In this document: positions 1 through 9,709 of the stretch, piece after piece | Position numbering within the stretch: the stretch's first letter is position 1 | Layout: the number at the start of each line of letters is the position of its first letter | Origin: a virus | Lineage: Duplodnaviria; Caudoviricetes | Virus record (IMG/VR): IMGVR_UViG_3300037076_000045 | Coordinates: 859 to 64,858 of that record | DNA: 64,000 bases | Strand: one strand, 5' to 3' | Translations under genes and position numbers: made by a program | Notes under the pieces: generated by a model | Databases searched by the model: none | Seen by the model: only the letters and a program-made list of their open reading frames with translations | What the model was told of the DNA's origin: nothing

Positions 1-573
1 TATCCAACACCGAACGGCAATCATAGTTTTACCCATGAAGATCCATCTGGAAAAACAGTTTGGAAGAGTCCGTCTGCGAGCGATACAGAAATTCATAAAC
101 ATCTTGAAAAGCATTTTCCAACAAGCGGTTACAGTGTAAGTAAAACTGGATATCCACCAAAAGGAAAACTTGGTGAAGCTCGTGATCCATTCGGATTTGG
201 TAAAAAACATTTGGCACAATTAGGTACAATCGACAAAACAATCAAGAATCAAGTTGCAGCTACGAAAAAACCAAAGAAGGTTAGCGAAGCCGAGAAAGAG
301 CACCATGCAGCAAGCAAGCCAGCAAGTGATGTTGCGTCTCACGATGAAGTAGTCGCTCACGATAAAAGAGCGGCTGCAATTCGTGTCAAGGCCAGCCACG
401 GTCAAGCTGCATTCAATCAGAAGTGGCACTCAGCATCCGATGAAGAAAAGAAGTCGTTGAAGAAACATGCGTTCCAACACGATCTCGATATTCCGTGGCA
501 CGCAGCCGCCGCTCACGTATCGAAGTCTCCTATCCACAGCTTCGCAGAGCACGTAAAACAGGAAGGAAAGTAA
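1..573 (+). CDS. His/Lys-rich putative internal head protein (5' partial)
   Basis: Frame 1 is open from base 1 (YPTPNGNHSFTHED...) to TAA at 573; KPKKVSEAE linker; upstream of the head operon. Confidence 0.65.
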   Translation, partial: YPTPNGNHSFTHEDPSGKTVWKSPSASDTEIHKHLEKHFPTSGYSVSKTGYPPKGKLGEARDPFGFGKKHLAQLGTIDKTIKNQVAATKKPKKVSEAEKEHHAASKPASDVASHDEVVAHDKRAAAIRVKASHGQAAFNQKWHSASDEEKKSLKKHAFQHDLDIPWHAAAAHVSKSPIHSFAEHVKQEGK

Positions 574-1320
574 ATGGCGATCACAAATCCAAACTCATCC
601 GGGCAGGGACACGATCCTGACCACAAAGACAATCCGCATCATGCGACAATGTTGAAGCATGGCTATGTCTACAGCCACTCGACTCCTGTTCACCATCAGA
701 GTGGGATTGTGAATCACCACACCTATACGCACCCCGATTTGAAAGATCACGTCGCCAGCGTATACAAGCCGTCGAAAATGAATTCTCATGTCTGGTCTAC
801 TCACAAGCTAGGTGCCGGTTCGTCACATGAAGGACAGGGCGATGCAGACCTAGACAAACATCTGAAAGGTCATATCGCTCGTGCAAAAAAGAAAATGACA
901 ATGCAGAAAGATATGGAGCGCTTGAATGCTGTCGAACAGTTGATTCGGCAGAAACTCTCAACCGCTCTCAATGAACAACGGAAAAGGATCGCTACAAAAC
1001 TGTTCACTGAAGTGATTCAACCAGCCGCAACTGCACCAACAACACCGGGCGGTAGATCAGCAGTTACCTCAACACCAAAAAATGATCCGTTGGCAAAGAC
1101 AGCGCCACCCGCACCAAAGCCATCATCGAATGACGATATGGCGGCAATCGCAAGCAAGAAGAAAGACAAGATGGGCCAGATCACGGCACAACGTCAGAAA
1201 CTTCAAGCACTCCAAGCAAAAACCTCTTCAGCGAAAGATCCAAATGCAATGAGGCAGCAAATTCAGGCGCAGCAACAGAAGTTGTCAGCAATGACACAGG
1301 AACTCACAGCGATCAAATAA
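574..1320 (+). CDS. His-rich putative prohead core/internal protein
   Basis: 248 aa; His-rich N-module, gp67/68-like LNEQRKRIATKLFTE helix, coiled-coil C-terminus. Confidence 0.65.
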   Translation: MAITNPNSSGQGHDPDHKDNPHHATMLKHGYVYSHSTPVHHQSGIVNHHTYTHPDLKDHVASVYKPSKMNSHVWSTHKLGAGSSHEGQGDADLDKHLKGHIARAKKKMTMQKDMERLNAVEQLIRQKLSTALNEQRKRIATKLFTEVIQPAATAPTTPGGRSAVTSTPKNDPLAKTAPPAPKPSSNDDMAAIASKKKDKMGQITAQRQKLQALQAKTSSAKDPNAMRQQIQAQQQKLSAMTQELTAIK

Positions 1321-1324
1321 AACT

Positions 1325-1945
1325 ATGCCTTGGACAGTAAAAGACGTAGAGAGACATAACAAAGGACTGAGCGCACGTGAGAAACGTCAGTGGTGTCACG
1401 TTGCGAATGGTGCCTTAGAATCTGGCGATGATGATGGTACTGCTATCACCAAAGCCAATGGTGTGGTCAAAAAAGGCCGCATCGTTTCTCAAGCCGAAGC
1501 ACTCCTATACAAAAAGGCCAGCCGGTTGATCGAACTTGTCCGTATGCAGGAAATAGCTTCGTTGATGGAAGCTGATCCGAGACCCCGTGTTGAATTTGAT
1601 ATCGACGGGAAGTCAGTCCTTCCTACCCGCCAGCAATACACACAGTACTTCCAAGACATGCAAGCGAAGTACATCAAAGCTGCCGTGGATCAGGCGCATG
1701 ACCTATGGAAGAGTGCCAAGGCAGATGAGAAGAAAGCGCTCGACCTCGAAATTGAAGTCGGCAACGAAGTCCTGAACACAAAGAGCGTAACTGAAGCCGC
1801 CAAAAAGAAGCCAACAAAGAAACCAGTTGAAATCACTCGCACCGGCAAAGCATTACATACAGGTGTTGACATTGCAAGCGGCGGCAGTCCAATGGCTAGT
1901 ATGATTGCTGGACACCTTGCGAAATGGTTGTTCAAAGCTAAATAA
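1325..1945 (+). CDS. Putative prohead core protein with ChaB-like N-terminus
   Basis: MPWT...RQWCHVANGALESGDDDGTAITKANG resembles ChaB-like helical hairpins; directly upstream of gp21. Confidence 0.55.
   Translation: MPWTVKDVERHNKGLSAREKRQWCHVANGALESGDDDGTAITKANGVVKKGRIVSQAEALLYKKASRLIELVRMQEIASLMEADPRPRVEFDIDGKSVLPTRQQYTQYFQDMQAKYIKAAVDQAHDLWKSAKADEKKALDLEIEVGNEVLNTKSVTEAAKKKPTKKPVEITRTGKALHTGVDIASGGSPMASMIAGHLAKWLFKAK
1938..1944 (+). promoter_or_regulatory. T4-like late promoter CTAAATA
   Basis: Matches the TAAATA late core; upstream of SD GGAG and the gp21 start. Confidence 0.65.
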
Positions 1946-1961
1946 CAGAGGGAGATACGAA

Positions 1962-2624
1962 ATGAAGCTAATTTGTGAACAGAATGACAACGTGATTGTT
2001 GAAGCTATTGCCGAAGGATCAGGACCGGGCAAAGCCTATTTCATCCAAGGTGTCTTCCTCCAGGCCAACCTCCAGAACAGAAACGGTCGTGTGTATCCCC
2101 TAGATATTTTGGAACGTGAAGTGGGTCGCTACAATTCAGCTTACGTCGCCCAACACAGAGCGCTTGGTGAATTGGGACACCCAGACGGCCCGACTATCAA
2201 CTTGGATCGTGCAAGCCACTTGATTGTCGATCTATTCAAGGAAGGTAATAACTTCATCGGCAAGGCCAAGATCCTCGACACCCCACACGGCAAGATCGTA
2301 AAGAACCTCATTGACGAAGGCGTGAAGCTAGGCGTGTCCAGCCGTGGTATGGGTTCACTGAAAGAAAATAGCCGTGGTATCCAGGAAGTTCAGGATGACT
2401 TCTATCTGGCAACCGCAGCCGATATCGTTGCCGATCCTTCCGCTCCCGCTGCATTCGTGTCTGGAATCATGGAAGGCAAAGAGTGGGTCTGGAACAACGG
2501 CCTGCTGACCGAAGCGAAAGTCGAAGACATCAAGCGCACCGTTGTCCAGAAGAAATTCTCAGAGAAGGCCATGATCGAAGCATTCGACACCTTCCTCAAG
2601 AATCTATCTAACTCACAGTTTTAG
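1962..2624 (+). CDS. gp21: Prohead core protease gp21
   Basis: NRNGRVYP, ALGELGHP, GVSSRGMGS and DIVADPSAP motifs. Confidence 0.97.
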   Translation: MKLICEQNDNVIVEAIAEGSGPGKAYFIQGVFLQANLQNRNGRVYPLDILEREVGRYNSAYVAQHRALGELGHPDGPTINLDRASHLIVDLFKEGNNFIGKAKILDTPHGKIVKNLIDEGVKLGVSSRGMGSLKENSRGIQEVQDDFYLATAADIVADPSAPAAFVSGIMEGKEWVWNNGLLTEAKVEDIKRTVVQKKFSEKAMIEAFDTFLKNLSNSQF

Positions 2625-3243
2625 TCGCCCACTTCTTGAATGACGGGATGCCGAGCTTTTCGATTTGGTATGCCGAGACATCGTGACAGATCTGGATGAA
2701 TTCTGCGTCGGAGAGCTTTGTCTTTACCATCTGCAATTTCTTGTCGATCCATTGCACATTTCCCTCGGTATAGCCTTTGGATGAATCAATCCTATCAAGA
2801 GATGCGTTACCCGCAAGTTTGCCGTCAATCTTGCCCCACATCGTAAGAGGCTTACCCGATAGGGCGCATTTTCTGTTCTGCTTCAGGAAAAGTTCCCAGA
2901 CATATTCGATGGTGATCGTAAAATCTAAAGGAGGTCGGGCGACTGTGTGTCGTCTGTTTCTTCTTTGATCTGATGCTTCCTTTTTGATGCAATGCCATTG
3001 CCGACCGCTGATCTCTCCATAGCCGATCCATCTTGGATTTGTGTTGCCTCTGAATCTGAGCTTCTTACAGTTAGGACATTTGCTTTTTCTGTCTGTTCTG
3101 TTTTGAACCGCAGTCTGCCATTCGTGTTTACAAACGGGACATAGCCACCAAGCTCTATATTGACTTCCATGCGTGTAAGCACTGAATTGTTTCTCATTTT
3201 TTGTTGGGTGCCATTCTTGGGTCAAAGTATCTAAGAGTTCCAT
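2608..3243 (-). CDS. Zinc-ribbon plus HNH-like homing endonuclease
   Basis: WWLCPVCKHEW zinc ribbon, KCALSG and ASLDRIDSSKGY..GNVQW; ATG 3243 follows TATAGATA. Confidence 0.8.
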   Translation of the reverse strand: MELLDTLTQEWHPTKNEKQFSAYTHGSQYRAWWLCPVCKHEWQTAVQNRTDRKSKCPNCKKLRFRGNTNPRWIGYGEISGRQWHCIKKEASDQRRNRRHTVARPPLDFTITIEYVWELFLKQNRKCALSGKPLTMWGKIDGKLAGNASLDRIDSSKGYTEGNVQWIDKKLQMVKTKLSDAEFIQICHDVSAYQIEKLGIPSFKKWATKTVS

Positions 3244-3300
3244 GATACTCGTATCTATACACACAAAAACTCTAAGCTACTTTCCAAAAACAATGACTTT

Positions 3301-3307
3301 CTAAATA
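3301..3307 (+). promoter_or_regulatory. Late promoter CTAAATA (gp22)
   Basis: Late core upstream of GGAG and ATG 3342. Confidence 0.7.
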
Positions 3308-3341
3308 ATGAACAGATCCCTGTATCACGGAGTCATATAAC

Positions 3342-4805
3342 ATGGCAAAAAGAATTGAAGACAAGATTCTGGACATCCTCAACAAGACAGAACTTGCTGA
3401 AGAAGTTCAGTACGAAATTTTGGGAGGGCCGACGCCCAGTGAGACCTTAAAAGGCCCCATCGACTACGCAAAGAACGTTCAAAAGGCACACGTACCGCAA
3501 GCCCACCCGATTCCGGGCGTAGGTGAAGTTGGTAACGACGAAGCCGACGACAACGACCCAATCACTGACGTAATTGATAATATGGACGAGTCAGAAGAAG
3601 ACAAAGAAGACAAAGAAGAAGACGACGATGAGAAGGAGCCAGATGGCGACGAAGACGATGAAAAGCTCGAAGAGACTTTCACATCTCTGTTGGCCCGTCT
3701 AGCTGAAGAAGAAGTTGACGAAGACGAAGGCGGCGAGACCTCATTGAAGGACAAAGACGACGACTTCGGCACACCTGAAGAGACTCTTCCAGATGTTGAC
3801 TCAAAGTTGGAAACCCCAGAAAAGCTCGTAAGCAAGGCACCTGGAATTAAGGTAGCCGAGTGCGAATGTGGCAAGCCTGGATGCAAGAAGTGCATGACAG
3901 AAGACGAAGGCGAGACTTCATTGAAGGGCGACAATGGCGGAACTCCAACCGAGACTCTTCCTGATGTTGACTCAAAGTTGGAAACCCCGGACAAGTTGGT
4001 CACACCGGCAGTTGGCGCAAAGGCACCTAATCCGGCATTTGGAACACACGACACAGACGTGAAGGAAGATCTGGACGCCATTTTTGCTGGCTTCAAGTTG
4101 TCAGAGGCAGCAAAGACGAAGGCGGCAACAATTTATAAGGCCGCTGTTACTCGCCGTGTAAACGAAGAGAAGCAGCGTGTGCAGCAAGTCGCAACGAAGA
4201 AACTGAAAGAAGCATTTGCAATTCTGAAGGCACGTTCCGAGCAGAAGCAGAATGTTTACGAGCAGAATCTTACGAGTCAGGTAGATCGTTACTTGAACTA
4301 CGTTGTCGAGAACTGGATGGGTGAGAACCGCTTGGCTGTAGAGAAGGGCATTCGTGCCGAACTTGCAGAGAGCTTTATCACCGGCCTCAAGAATCTCTTT
4401 GTGGAACACTACATTGAGGTACCGGAATCCAAGGTTGATGTAGTTTCGACACTTGGCAAGAAGGTCACAAAGTTGGAATCCAAGTTGAACGAAAGCATCG
4501 AGTTGAATACAAAGATGCGCTCTTCGTTGAACGCATATCGCAAGGAAGAAGTAGTCCGTGCGGTATCTAGTGGATTGGCAGATACACAGCGTGAGAAGTT
4601 GGCGAAGCTGGCCGAAGGCGTTGAGTATACTACCCGCAAAGATTTCCAGGCAAAGTTGGTGACTATTAAGGAGTCGTTCTTCACAAAGGCTATAAAGCCA
4701 TTGAAGAAAGAAGAGCAACCTCTTGTAGAATCCGTACAGAAGCCAAAGAACGATGAAATGTCTGTGTATACGCAAACACTGGCAAAGATGAACAAGCGTG
4801 ACTAA
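3342..4805 (+). CDS. gp22: Prohead scaffold protein gp22
   Basis: VDRYLNYVVENWM..N.LAVEKG, LFVEHYIEVP and KLVTIKESFF motifs; between gp21 and gp23. Confidence 0.95.
   Translation: MAKRIEDKILDILNKTELAEEVQYEILGGPTPSETLKGPIDYAKNVQKAHVPQAHPIPGVGEVGNDEADDNDPITDVIDNMDESEEDKEDKEEDDDEKEPDGDEDDEKLEETFTSLLARLAEEEVDEDEGGETSLKDKDDDFGTPEETLPDVDSKLETPEKLVSKAPGIKVAECECGKPGCKKCMTEDEGETSLKGDNGGTPTETLPDVDSKLETPDKLVTPAVGAKAPNPAFGTHDTDVKEDLDAIFAGFKLSEAAKTKAATIYKAAVTRRVNEEKQRVQQVATKKLKEAFAILKARSEQKQNVYEQNLTSQVDRYLNYVVENWMGENRLAVEKGIRAELAESFITGLKNLFVEHYIEVPESKVDVVSTLGKKVTKLESKLNESIELNTKMRSSLNAYRKEEVVRAVSSGLADTQREKLAKLAEGVEYTTRKDFQAKLVTIKESFFTKAIKPLKKEEQPLVESVQKPKNDEMSVYTQTLAKMNKRD
3720..3999 (+). repeat. Internal ~100-bp duplication in gp22
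   Basis: GAGACTCTTCC-GATGTTGACTCAAAGTTGGAAACCCC occurs twice (ETLPDVDSKLETP x2). Confidence 0.9.
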
Positions 4806-4844
4806 GGATATTGAAGTGGGGGCTAACTGAAAATTAGGTATTTC

Positions 4845-4851
4845 CTAAATA
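4845..4851 (+). promoter_or_regulatory. Late promoter CTAAATA (gp23)
   Basis: Inside inverted repeat GGGGCTAACT/AGTTAGCCTC upstream of gp23. Confidence 0.7.
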
Positions 4852-4891
4852 GTAAAGTTAGCCTCAACGGACTAATGGAGAGAGAGACGAC

Positions 4892-6250
4892 ATGAATATT
4901 TCTGAGCAATTAAGAAAGAAGTGGGCAGAAGTGATTGACCACGACGCTCTTCCCAAGATTGCTGATGCACATCGAAGAGATGTGACGATTCAGATTCTTG
5001 AGAATCAGCAAAAGGCAATCAAAGAAGAGAAGGAACAACTTCTCCGTGAAGCCGCCCCAACTAACAACTACGGTTCAGGTAACATCGGCGCATGGGACCC
5101 GATTTTGATTTCCCTCGTGCGTAGAGCGATGCCTAACTTGATAGCCTATGATGTATGCGGTGTGCAGCCGATGACAGGTCCGACAGGACTCATCTTTGCG
5201 ATGCGCTCTAAGTACAGCACAATGGCAGCAACCGGACGTGATCCTAACACCGGCTTGTTTGCTGATGGTACTGGCACAGACCCGAACGAAGCATTCTTCA
5301 ATGAAGCCTCAACTGGCTTCTCTGGTTTGGACCCGACCACAGGCAATCCTGGACAGCCAATTGGCGCACAGGGCAGTAACCCATTCGCATCGCCTTATCT
5401 AACTGGTACGGCAATGACGACTGCGGAAGCTGAAGCATTGGGAACATTCCCATCTGGTAACTTCCAATTCAATGAAATGGCACTTAGCATTGACAAAGTA
5501 ACTGTCACCGCTCAGAGCCGTGCATTGAAAGCAGAATACACCATGGAACTCGCACAAGACTTGAAAGCAATTCACGGCTTGGATGCAGAGACGGAACTCG
5601 CTAACATTCTCAGCACAGAAATTCTTGCTGAAATTAATAGAGAGATCATCCGTACTTTGTATTTCATTGCAAAAGTGGGTGCTCAGAAGTCTGTTGCGGT
5701 CCCAGGAACCTTCAACCTCGACACGGACAGCAATGGTCGTTGGATGGAAGAAAAGTTCAAGGGTATGTTGTTCCAAGTTGAGCGTGATGCTAACCAGATC
5801 GCTCGTGAGACTAGACGTGGTAAGGGCAACTTTATCATTTGCTCATCTGACGTAGCTTCTGCACTAGCAATGACAGGTATCTTGTCCTATGCCCCGGCGC
5901 TGGCAACTAACCTGAACGTTGATGATACCGGCAATACCTTTGCTGGCGTGTTGAAGAATAACACGAAGGTCTTTATTGATCCGTACTTCAATAACACAGG
6001 TGACTTAAACACAGAATTGTTGATGGTAGGATACAAGGGCGCAAGTCCTTATGATGCTGGCTTCTTCTACTGCCCGTATATTCCATTGCAAATGGTACGT
6101 GCAGTTGGTGAGACTAACTTCCAACCAAAGATCGGATTCAAGACCCGCTACGGCTTGGTCGCAAATCCGTATTACACCAACGCATCTGGTGCTATCACAG
6201 CTACCAGCAACCCGTATTACCGCTTGGTCAAGGTGAAGAACCTCCAGTAA
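4892..6250 (+). CDS. gp23: Major capsid protein gp23
   Basis: DPILISLVRRAMPNLIAYD.CGVQPM.GPTGLIFAMR, ELAQDLKAIHGLDAE and QPKIGFKTRYG. Confidence 0.99.
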   Translation: MNISEQLRKKWAEVIDHDALPKIADAHRRDVTIQILENQQKAIKEEKEQLLREAAPTNNYGSGNIGAWDPILISLVRRAMPNLIAYDVCGVQPMTGPTGLIFAMRSKYSTMAATGRDPNTGLFADGTGTDPNEAFFNEASTGFSGLDPTTGNPGQPIGAQGSNPFASPYLTGTAMTTAEAEALGTFPSGNFQFNEMALSIDKVTVTAQSRALKAEYTMELAQDLKAIHGLDAETELANILSTEILAEINREIIRTLYFIAKVGAQKSVAVPGTFNLDTDSNGRWMEEKFKGMLFQVERDANQIARETRRGKGNFIICSSDVASALAMTGILSYAPALATNLNVDDTGNTFAGVLKNNTKVFIDPYFNNTGDLNTELLMVGYKGASPYDAGFFYCPYIPLQMVRAVGETNFQPKIGFKTRYGLVANPYYTNASGAITATSNPYYRLVKVKNLQ

Positions 6251-6276
6251 GCAGTAACCCGAACGCAGTAACCTCA

Positions 6277-6306
6277 GAGGGCCACGATGAAAGTCGTGGC
6301 CCTTTT
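6277..6306 (+). terminator. Intrinsic terminator after gp23
   Basis: GGGCCACGA-tgaaag-TCGTGGCCC followed by TTTT. Confidence 0.9.
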
Positions 6307-6328
6307 GCTTTGTGGCCTACATATTAGC

Positions 6329-6553
6329 ATGACACTTACTGAACTCAAGACAGCGCTGTCGCCGCTCATCAACGACTACAAAATCACTGGTATTCACGGA
6401 GTCGGCGTGAGCGATAACCATGTGACAGTCTATTACGAGAAGCGTGGACCGGGAACACAAGAGGCCGCATTCCAATATGCCAAGATGTTAGGTGGCGAGT
6501 CGGTCAAATTTGTAGAGAGTGACATGGCAGATCTTTGTACGGTCGTGATGTAA
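6329..6553 (+). CDS. Small hypothetical protein
   Basis: ATG 5 nt after CTACATA; IHGVGV motif. Confidence 0.55.
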   Translation: MTLTELKTALSPLINDYKITGIHGVGVSDNHVTVYYEKRGPGTQEAAFQYAKMLGGESVKFVESDMADLCTVVM

Positions 6554-6594
6554 GTGTTTTTCACAAGATGTAACTGTTTTTCATAAATATAGCC

Positions 6595-7671
6595 ATGCAA
6601 GGCTTCCTCCAGTACATCGCCGCTCTCGAAGAGTCATACATCAATTTTGGCGACTACAATCTGGAGAACAAATTCCATCATTATAACACAGTTCTGTTCG
6701 ACAATCACGTGCCTGCGTGTCCGGTCGTCTGGACTGAAAATTTGAAAAACGGATCGAGGTCTGCTGCCGGTCTGACAACATTCAATCACATAGGCCGCAA
6801 CTTGGTGCCTGGGTCATTGAAGATCCAAATCTCTACTCGTTTCAAACGTTCAGAGCAGGATCTTGACGCCACACTTGTACACGAAATGATTCATGCGTTT
6901 TTGGTAGTGCAAGGTTTCCCGGAAGAGAATCACGGATTTCGTTTCTTGGCGCAGGCGCACAGAGTCGAGCAGATGCTTGGACTCAAGATTCCGGTCACTG
7001 ACGATTTGAGTGCTCTTGAACTTACCAATGACGCATTCACGACTACGACAGTTCTTCTCAAGACTTATCGTCAATCCTGGGACGCCATTTTCTATAGTGG
7101 GACGATGTTTGACGATCCACGGAAGCAGGATGAACTCAAAGCCTTTTGGGGAGTGCCAGGAAGGTTGTCGGCGCACGAAGAGATACGAGTAATCAAGATT
7201 CAGAGCAATTTATTGATGAAGTACGGTGGCGCACGAACAGTAAAGCAAACCAAGTGGCACATCATTAGTCCGACAGAAATTGCCGACATCATGCAGCGTG
7301 GTCAGATCATGTTTACGATTACGCCGGGATCGGTCTCGCACGAATTTGCTGCTGCCAACTTGCCGACGAAAGAGGCGCTGGTGGTCACACGCACGAACAC
7401 ACGCACGCATGAGATCGCCGTTGCCTTCTACTTGCCGGGGATCGCACGTGATACTCTGAAGATGCAAATTTTGAAAGAGAAGTGGCACTCCTGGTACGCA
7501 GCCGGGTACGACGTAGACATTTTCCTTACGACTACGACGGCATTGAATCGTGGCTTTGTGATGCAGCGAGATCCATCGAAGGGATCGTATTACATCATGC
7601 GACCGAATAATTTGGGCACGGTCGATGAGCTTCGCCGGAACGCTAATTATCTGGAGCGCTGGCACCAATAG
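6595..7671 (+). CDS. SprT-like zinc metalloprotease with capsid-targeting-like leader
   Basis: AAG, TLVHEMIH and HGFRF motifs; N-terminus MQGFLQYIAALEE; ATAAATA 5 nt upstream. Confidence 0.85.
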   Translation: MQGFLQYIAALEESYINFGDYNLENKFHHYNTVLFDNHVPACPVVWTENLKNGSRSAAGLTTFNHIGRNLVPGSLKIQISTRFKRSEQDLDATLVHEMIHAFLVVQGFPEENHGFRFLAQAHRVEQMLGLKIPVTDDLSALELTNDAFTTTTVLLKTYRQSWDAIFYSGTMFDDPRKQDELKAFWGVPGRLSAHEEIRVIKIQSNLLMKYGGARTVKQTKWHIISPTEIADIMQRGQIMFTITPGSVSHEFAAANLPTKEALVVTRTNTRTHEIAVAFYLPGIARDTLKMQILKEKWHSWYAAGYDVDIFLTTTTALNRGFVMQRDPSKGSYYIMRPNNLGTVDELRRNANYLERWHQ

Positions 7672-7930
7672 GGCGAGAGCAAGACATCAACATGTCATCA
7701 CGCCAATCTTCGTATGTAACTGTCGTATCGCCCTTGCACATGCCGCACGTTACCCAATCGTCATGTAAGAACGAAGTGCGAGGATAGCCGCCATTACCTT
7801 TGCAGACCGGGCACGTGACTAACCTCACAGGCGAAGAAAAACCTATTCCATTGCAGTTTGGGCACTTCACCAGTCTGGGCACTTCACTTACAGTTTTTTG
7901 ACGATCCACCCGCAAATACAGTTTGGGCAC
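7643..7930 (-). CDS. DnaJ-type zinc-finger protein
   Basis: Three CxxCxG repeats. Confidence 0.7.
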   Translation of the reverse strand: MPKLYLRVDRQKTVSEVPRLVKCPNCNGIGFSSPVRLVTCPVCKGNGGYPRTSFLHDDWVTCGMCKGDTTVTYEDWRDDMLMSCSRPIGASAPDN

Positions 7931-7934
7931 GACA

Positions 7935-8156
7935 CTAACAGTGGAACAGATAGTGCTTGTGTGTCGTCGGATGAGTGTTGCACGGGCATGGATGTGGTTG
8001 ACCTTTGCTGAACGTTGTTGATTCCGAAAGCTCCCATTGGTTTTTGAGTCCTGTGGGCTGTGCTGTGTTCAGTCTGTTGGCTGCTTCTTCCGGTGTAAGT
8101 GATGTGCAGACACTCGCATTGCAGATGCCGATGCTGTATACTTCAAAGTCTTTCAT
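7935..8156 (-). CDS. Hypothetical protein
   Basis: Start overlaps the upstream stop; Cys/His C-terminus. Confidence 0.6.
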   Translation of the reverse strand: MKDFEVYSIGICNASVCTSLTPEEAANRLNTAQPTGLKNQWELSESTTFSKGQPHPCPCNTHPTTHKHYLFHC

Positions 8157-8335
8157 ACAGTTGCCCCTTTCATTTTCATTGGCGTTGGAGCTTCTTCTTC
8201 GGTGATTAGGCCCTGTTCGATCATACGGGCACGAATCAGATTCGCCAGCGCACAGTAACCCAACGTCTTAGATGCCGGGTCGGAGTAAACTTCGCTTCGC
8301 ACACGTAGATAGTCCGGGTGGGTGAAAATGTTCAT
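8153..8335 (-). CDS. Hypothetical protein
   Basis: Coupled ORF. Confidence 0.55.
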   Translation of the reverse strand: MNIFTHPDYLRVRSEVYSDPASKTLGYCALANLIRARMIEQGLITEEEAPTPMKMKGATV

Positions 8336-8535
8336 AAACCTTTTCCACTCTTTAACTCCAGGAGTTGCCGGATGGCCCGGACGATATCATCCTCGGTCCA
8401 GCCGGGGTTAGAAGGTACGCCATTTTCGTACAAGATTTGACGGAGGTCTTGCCGGAACTTAGCGAAGGAGGATTCGAGATGCTGAATCCATTCGAGTCGA
8501 GCCTGAGATGCAGAGTATGGATCATGGGCGCTCAT
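8332..8535 (-). CDS. Hypothetical protein
   Basis: ATG overlaps the stop of 8532..8813. Confidence 0.55.
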   Translation of the reverse strand: MSAHDPYSASQARLEWIQHLESSFAKFRQDLRQILYENGVPSNPGWTEDDIVRAIRQLLELKSGKGL

Positions 8536-8813
8536 ATTAGTCCTTTCATGATCGGCGCAAGCTCGTATGGGATTGGGTTGTGGTAATCGCAACATTCCCA
8601 CCACTCATCCATTCCGTGTTTGACGGAGACACTTATGTTGAACCCGGCATTAGATCTGACCACGGTGATGCCATAGATTGGCCAGTCGCCGTCTGTTGGT
8701 TGATAGAAGTGCTCTGTCTCTTTAACCGGCAGATTTTCAGTCGCCAAAACTTTCAAGTACGGATGTTCGTGTCGAAGTTCAAGGAATTCTTCTACAAAGG
8801 CGTCAGCACTCAT
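8532..8813 (-). CDS. Hypothetical protein
   Basis: 93 aa ORF in a compact run. Confidence 0.6.
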   Translation of the reverse strand: MSADAFVEEFLELRHEHPYLKVLATENLPVKETEHFYQPTDGDWPIYGITVVRSNAGFNISVSVKHGMDEWWECCDYHNPIPYELAPIMKGLI

Positions 8814-8831
8814 GTTTTGAGAATAGCAGAT

Positions 8832-9425
8832 TTACGAAGCGTAAGCAACAATCTCGTACTTGCCGGTGACATCCATTTTGTACCACGTCACCGTAACGAA
8901 AATGCCGTTGCCGATAGCGATGTGCTTGCGGCCTTCGTTGCCGTTCACTTTCCCGGCCACGGTGTCGTCTTCAAACTCGTGCCAGTCGAAGCCGCACGAA
9001 GCGATTGCATCTTGGATGACGCCGAATGCTTGCGCCTTGCCGGTGTAGCGAGTCTTGTTGACAGGCTCCAGGAGACCGTTCAGCTTCTTGGTTGCCTTGC
9101 GCTTGCTGGTCGAATCCATGACGGTGGTGTAAGGGTCACGGTGGTCATCGTGTGCGCTGGAAGCGTATGCGACGATTTCGTACCGGCCAGACCCCAGGCG
9201 GTACCACGTCATCGTAAGCCACATTTCCGGGCCAACCTGGACGTGTAGACGGCCCTCGTCGCCATGCAGATGCTCTTGGACTTTGCTAGGGTCTAGGTCG
9301 TGTTTCGTCAGCACCAGCGTGATTTCCCGGAGGGGCATTCCGGTGTGCTTTTGAGCGTTAATAGGCTCCAGGTCTGCGTTCACCTTTTTGGTGAGAGCTT
9401 GGGTTTCAGCCGGTGAGAGTTTCAT
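8832..9425 (-). CDS. Late protein of two tandem homologous domains
   Basis: TWY(R/K)...G(R/K)YEIVAYAS twice; ATAAATA 5 nt upstream. Confidence 0.75.
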   Translation of the reverse strand: MKLSPAETQALTKKVNADLEPINAQKHTGMPLREITLVLTKHDLDPSKVQEHLHGDEGRLHVQVGPEMWLTMTWYRLGSGRYEIVAYASSAHDDHRDPYTTVMDSTSKRKATKKLNGLLEPVNKTRYTGKAQAFGVIQDAIASCGFDWHEFEDDTVAGKVNGNEGRKHIAIGNGIFVTVTWYKMDVTGKYEIVAYAS

Positions 9426-9438
9426 GGCAGTATTTATC

Positions 9439-9627
9439 CTAACCTACCAGTTCTTCCCGGAACTTCCAAACTGCGGCAGCTTCGGTGAATCCCAAACCAG
9501 ACCACTGGCGGAAGCGCCGGGTAGCCTCTACAGCGTCCAGCATGGGACCGCTGTAAACCGTCACGTCATCCCACGTCATTTCCATCTGACCGTCCAGGAT
9601 CACGACTTGTAATTTGGTGCCGTTCAT
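9439..9627 (-). CDS. Small early protein (leaderless)
   Basis: ATG 6 nt after the -10 of promoter 9634-9662. Confidence 0.6.
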   Translation of the reverse strand: MNGTKLQVVILDGQMEMTWDDVTVYSGPMLDAVEATRRFRQWSGLGFTEAAAVWKFREELVG

Positions 9628-9633
9628 GTTCCA

Positions 9634-9674
9634 AGAATAGCACGCCCGGACCTGAATGTCAATAGATGTATCTA
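9634..9674 (-). promoter_or_regulatory. Sigma70-type early promoter with palindromic operator
   Basis: TTGACA-17-TATTCT; TAGATACATCTA abuts the -35. Confidence 0.8.
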
Positions 9675-9709
9675 CTTTTCTTCGGCGTATTTTGCCCGGA
9701 GAAAAGCCA

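Noticed and set aside
3479-4795. Long minus-strand ORFs over gp22
   Set aside because: Antisense shadows of a biased coding sequence
8580-9248. 222-aa plus-strand ORF
   Set aside because: Shadow of minus-strand genes; no motifs
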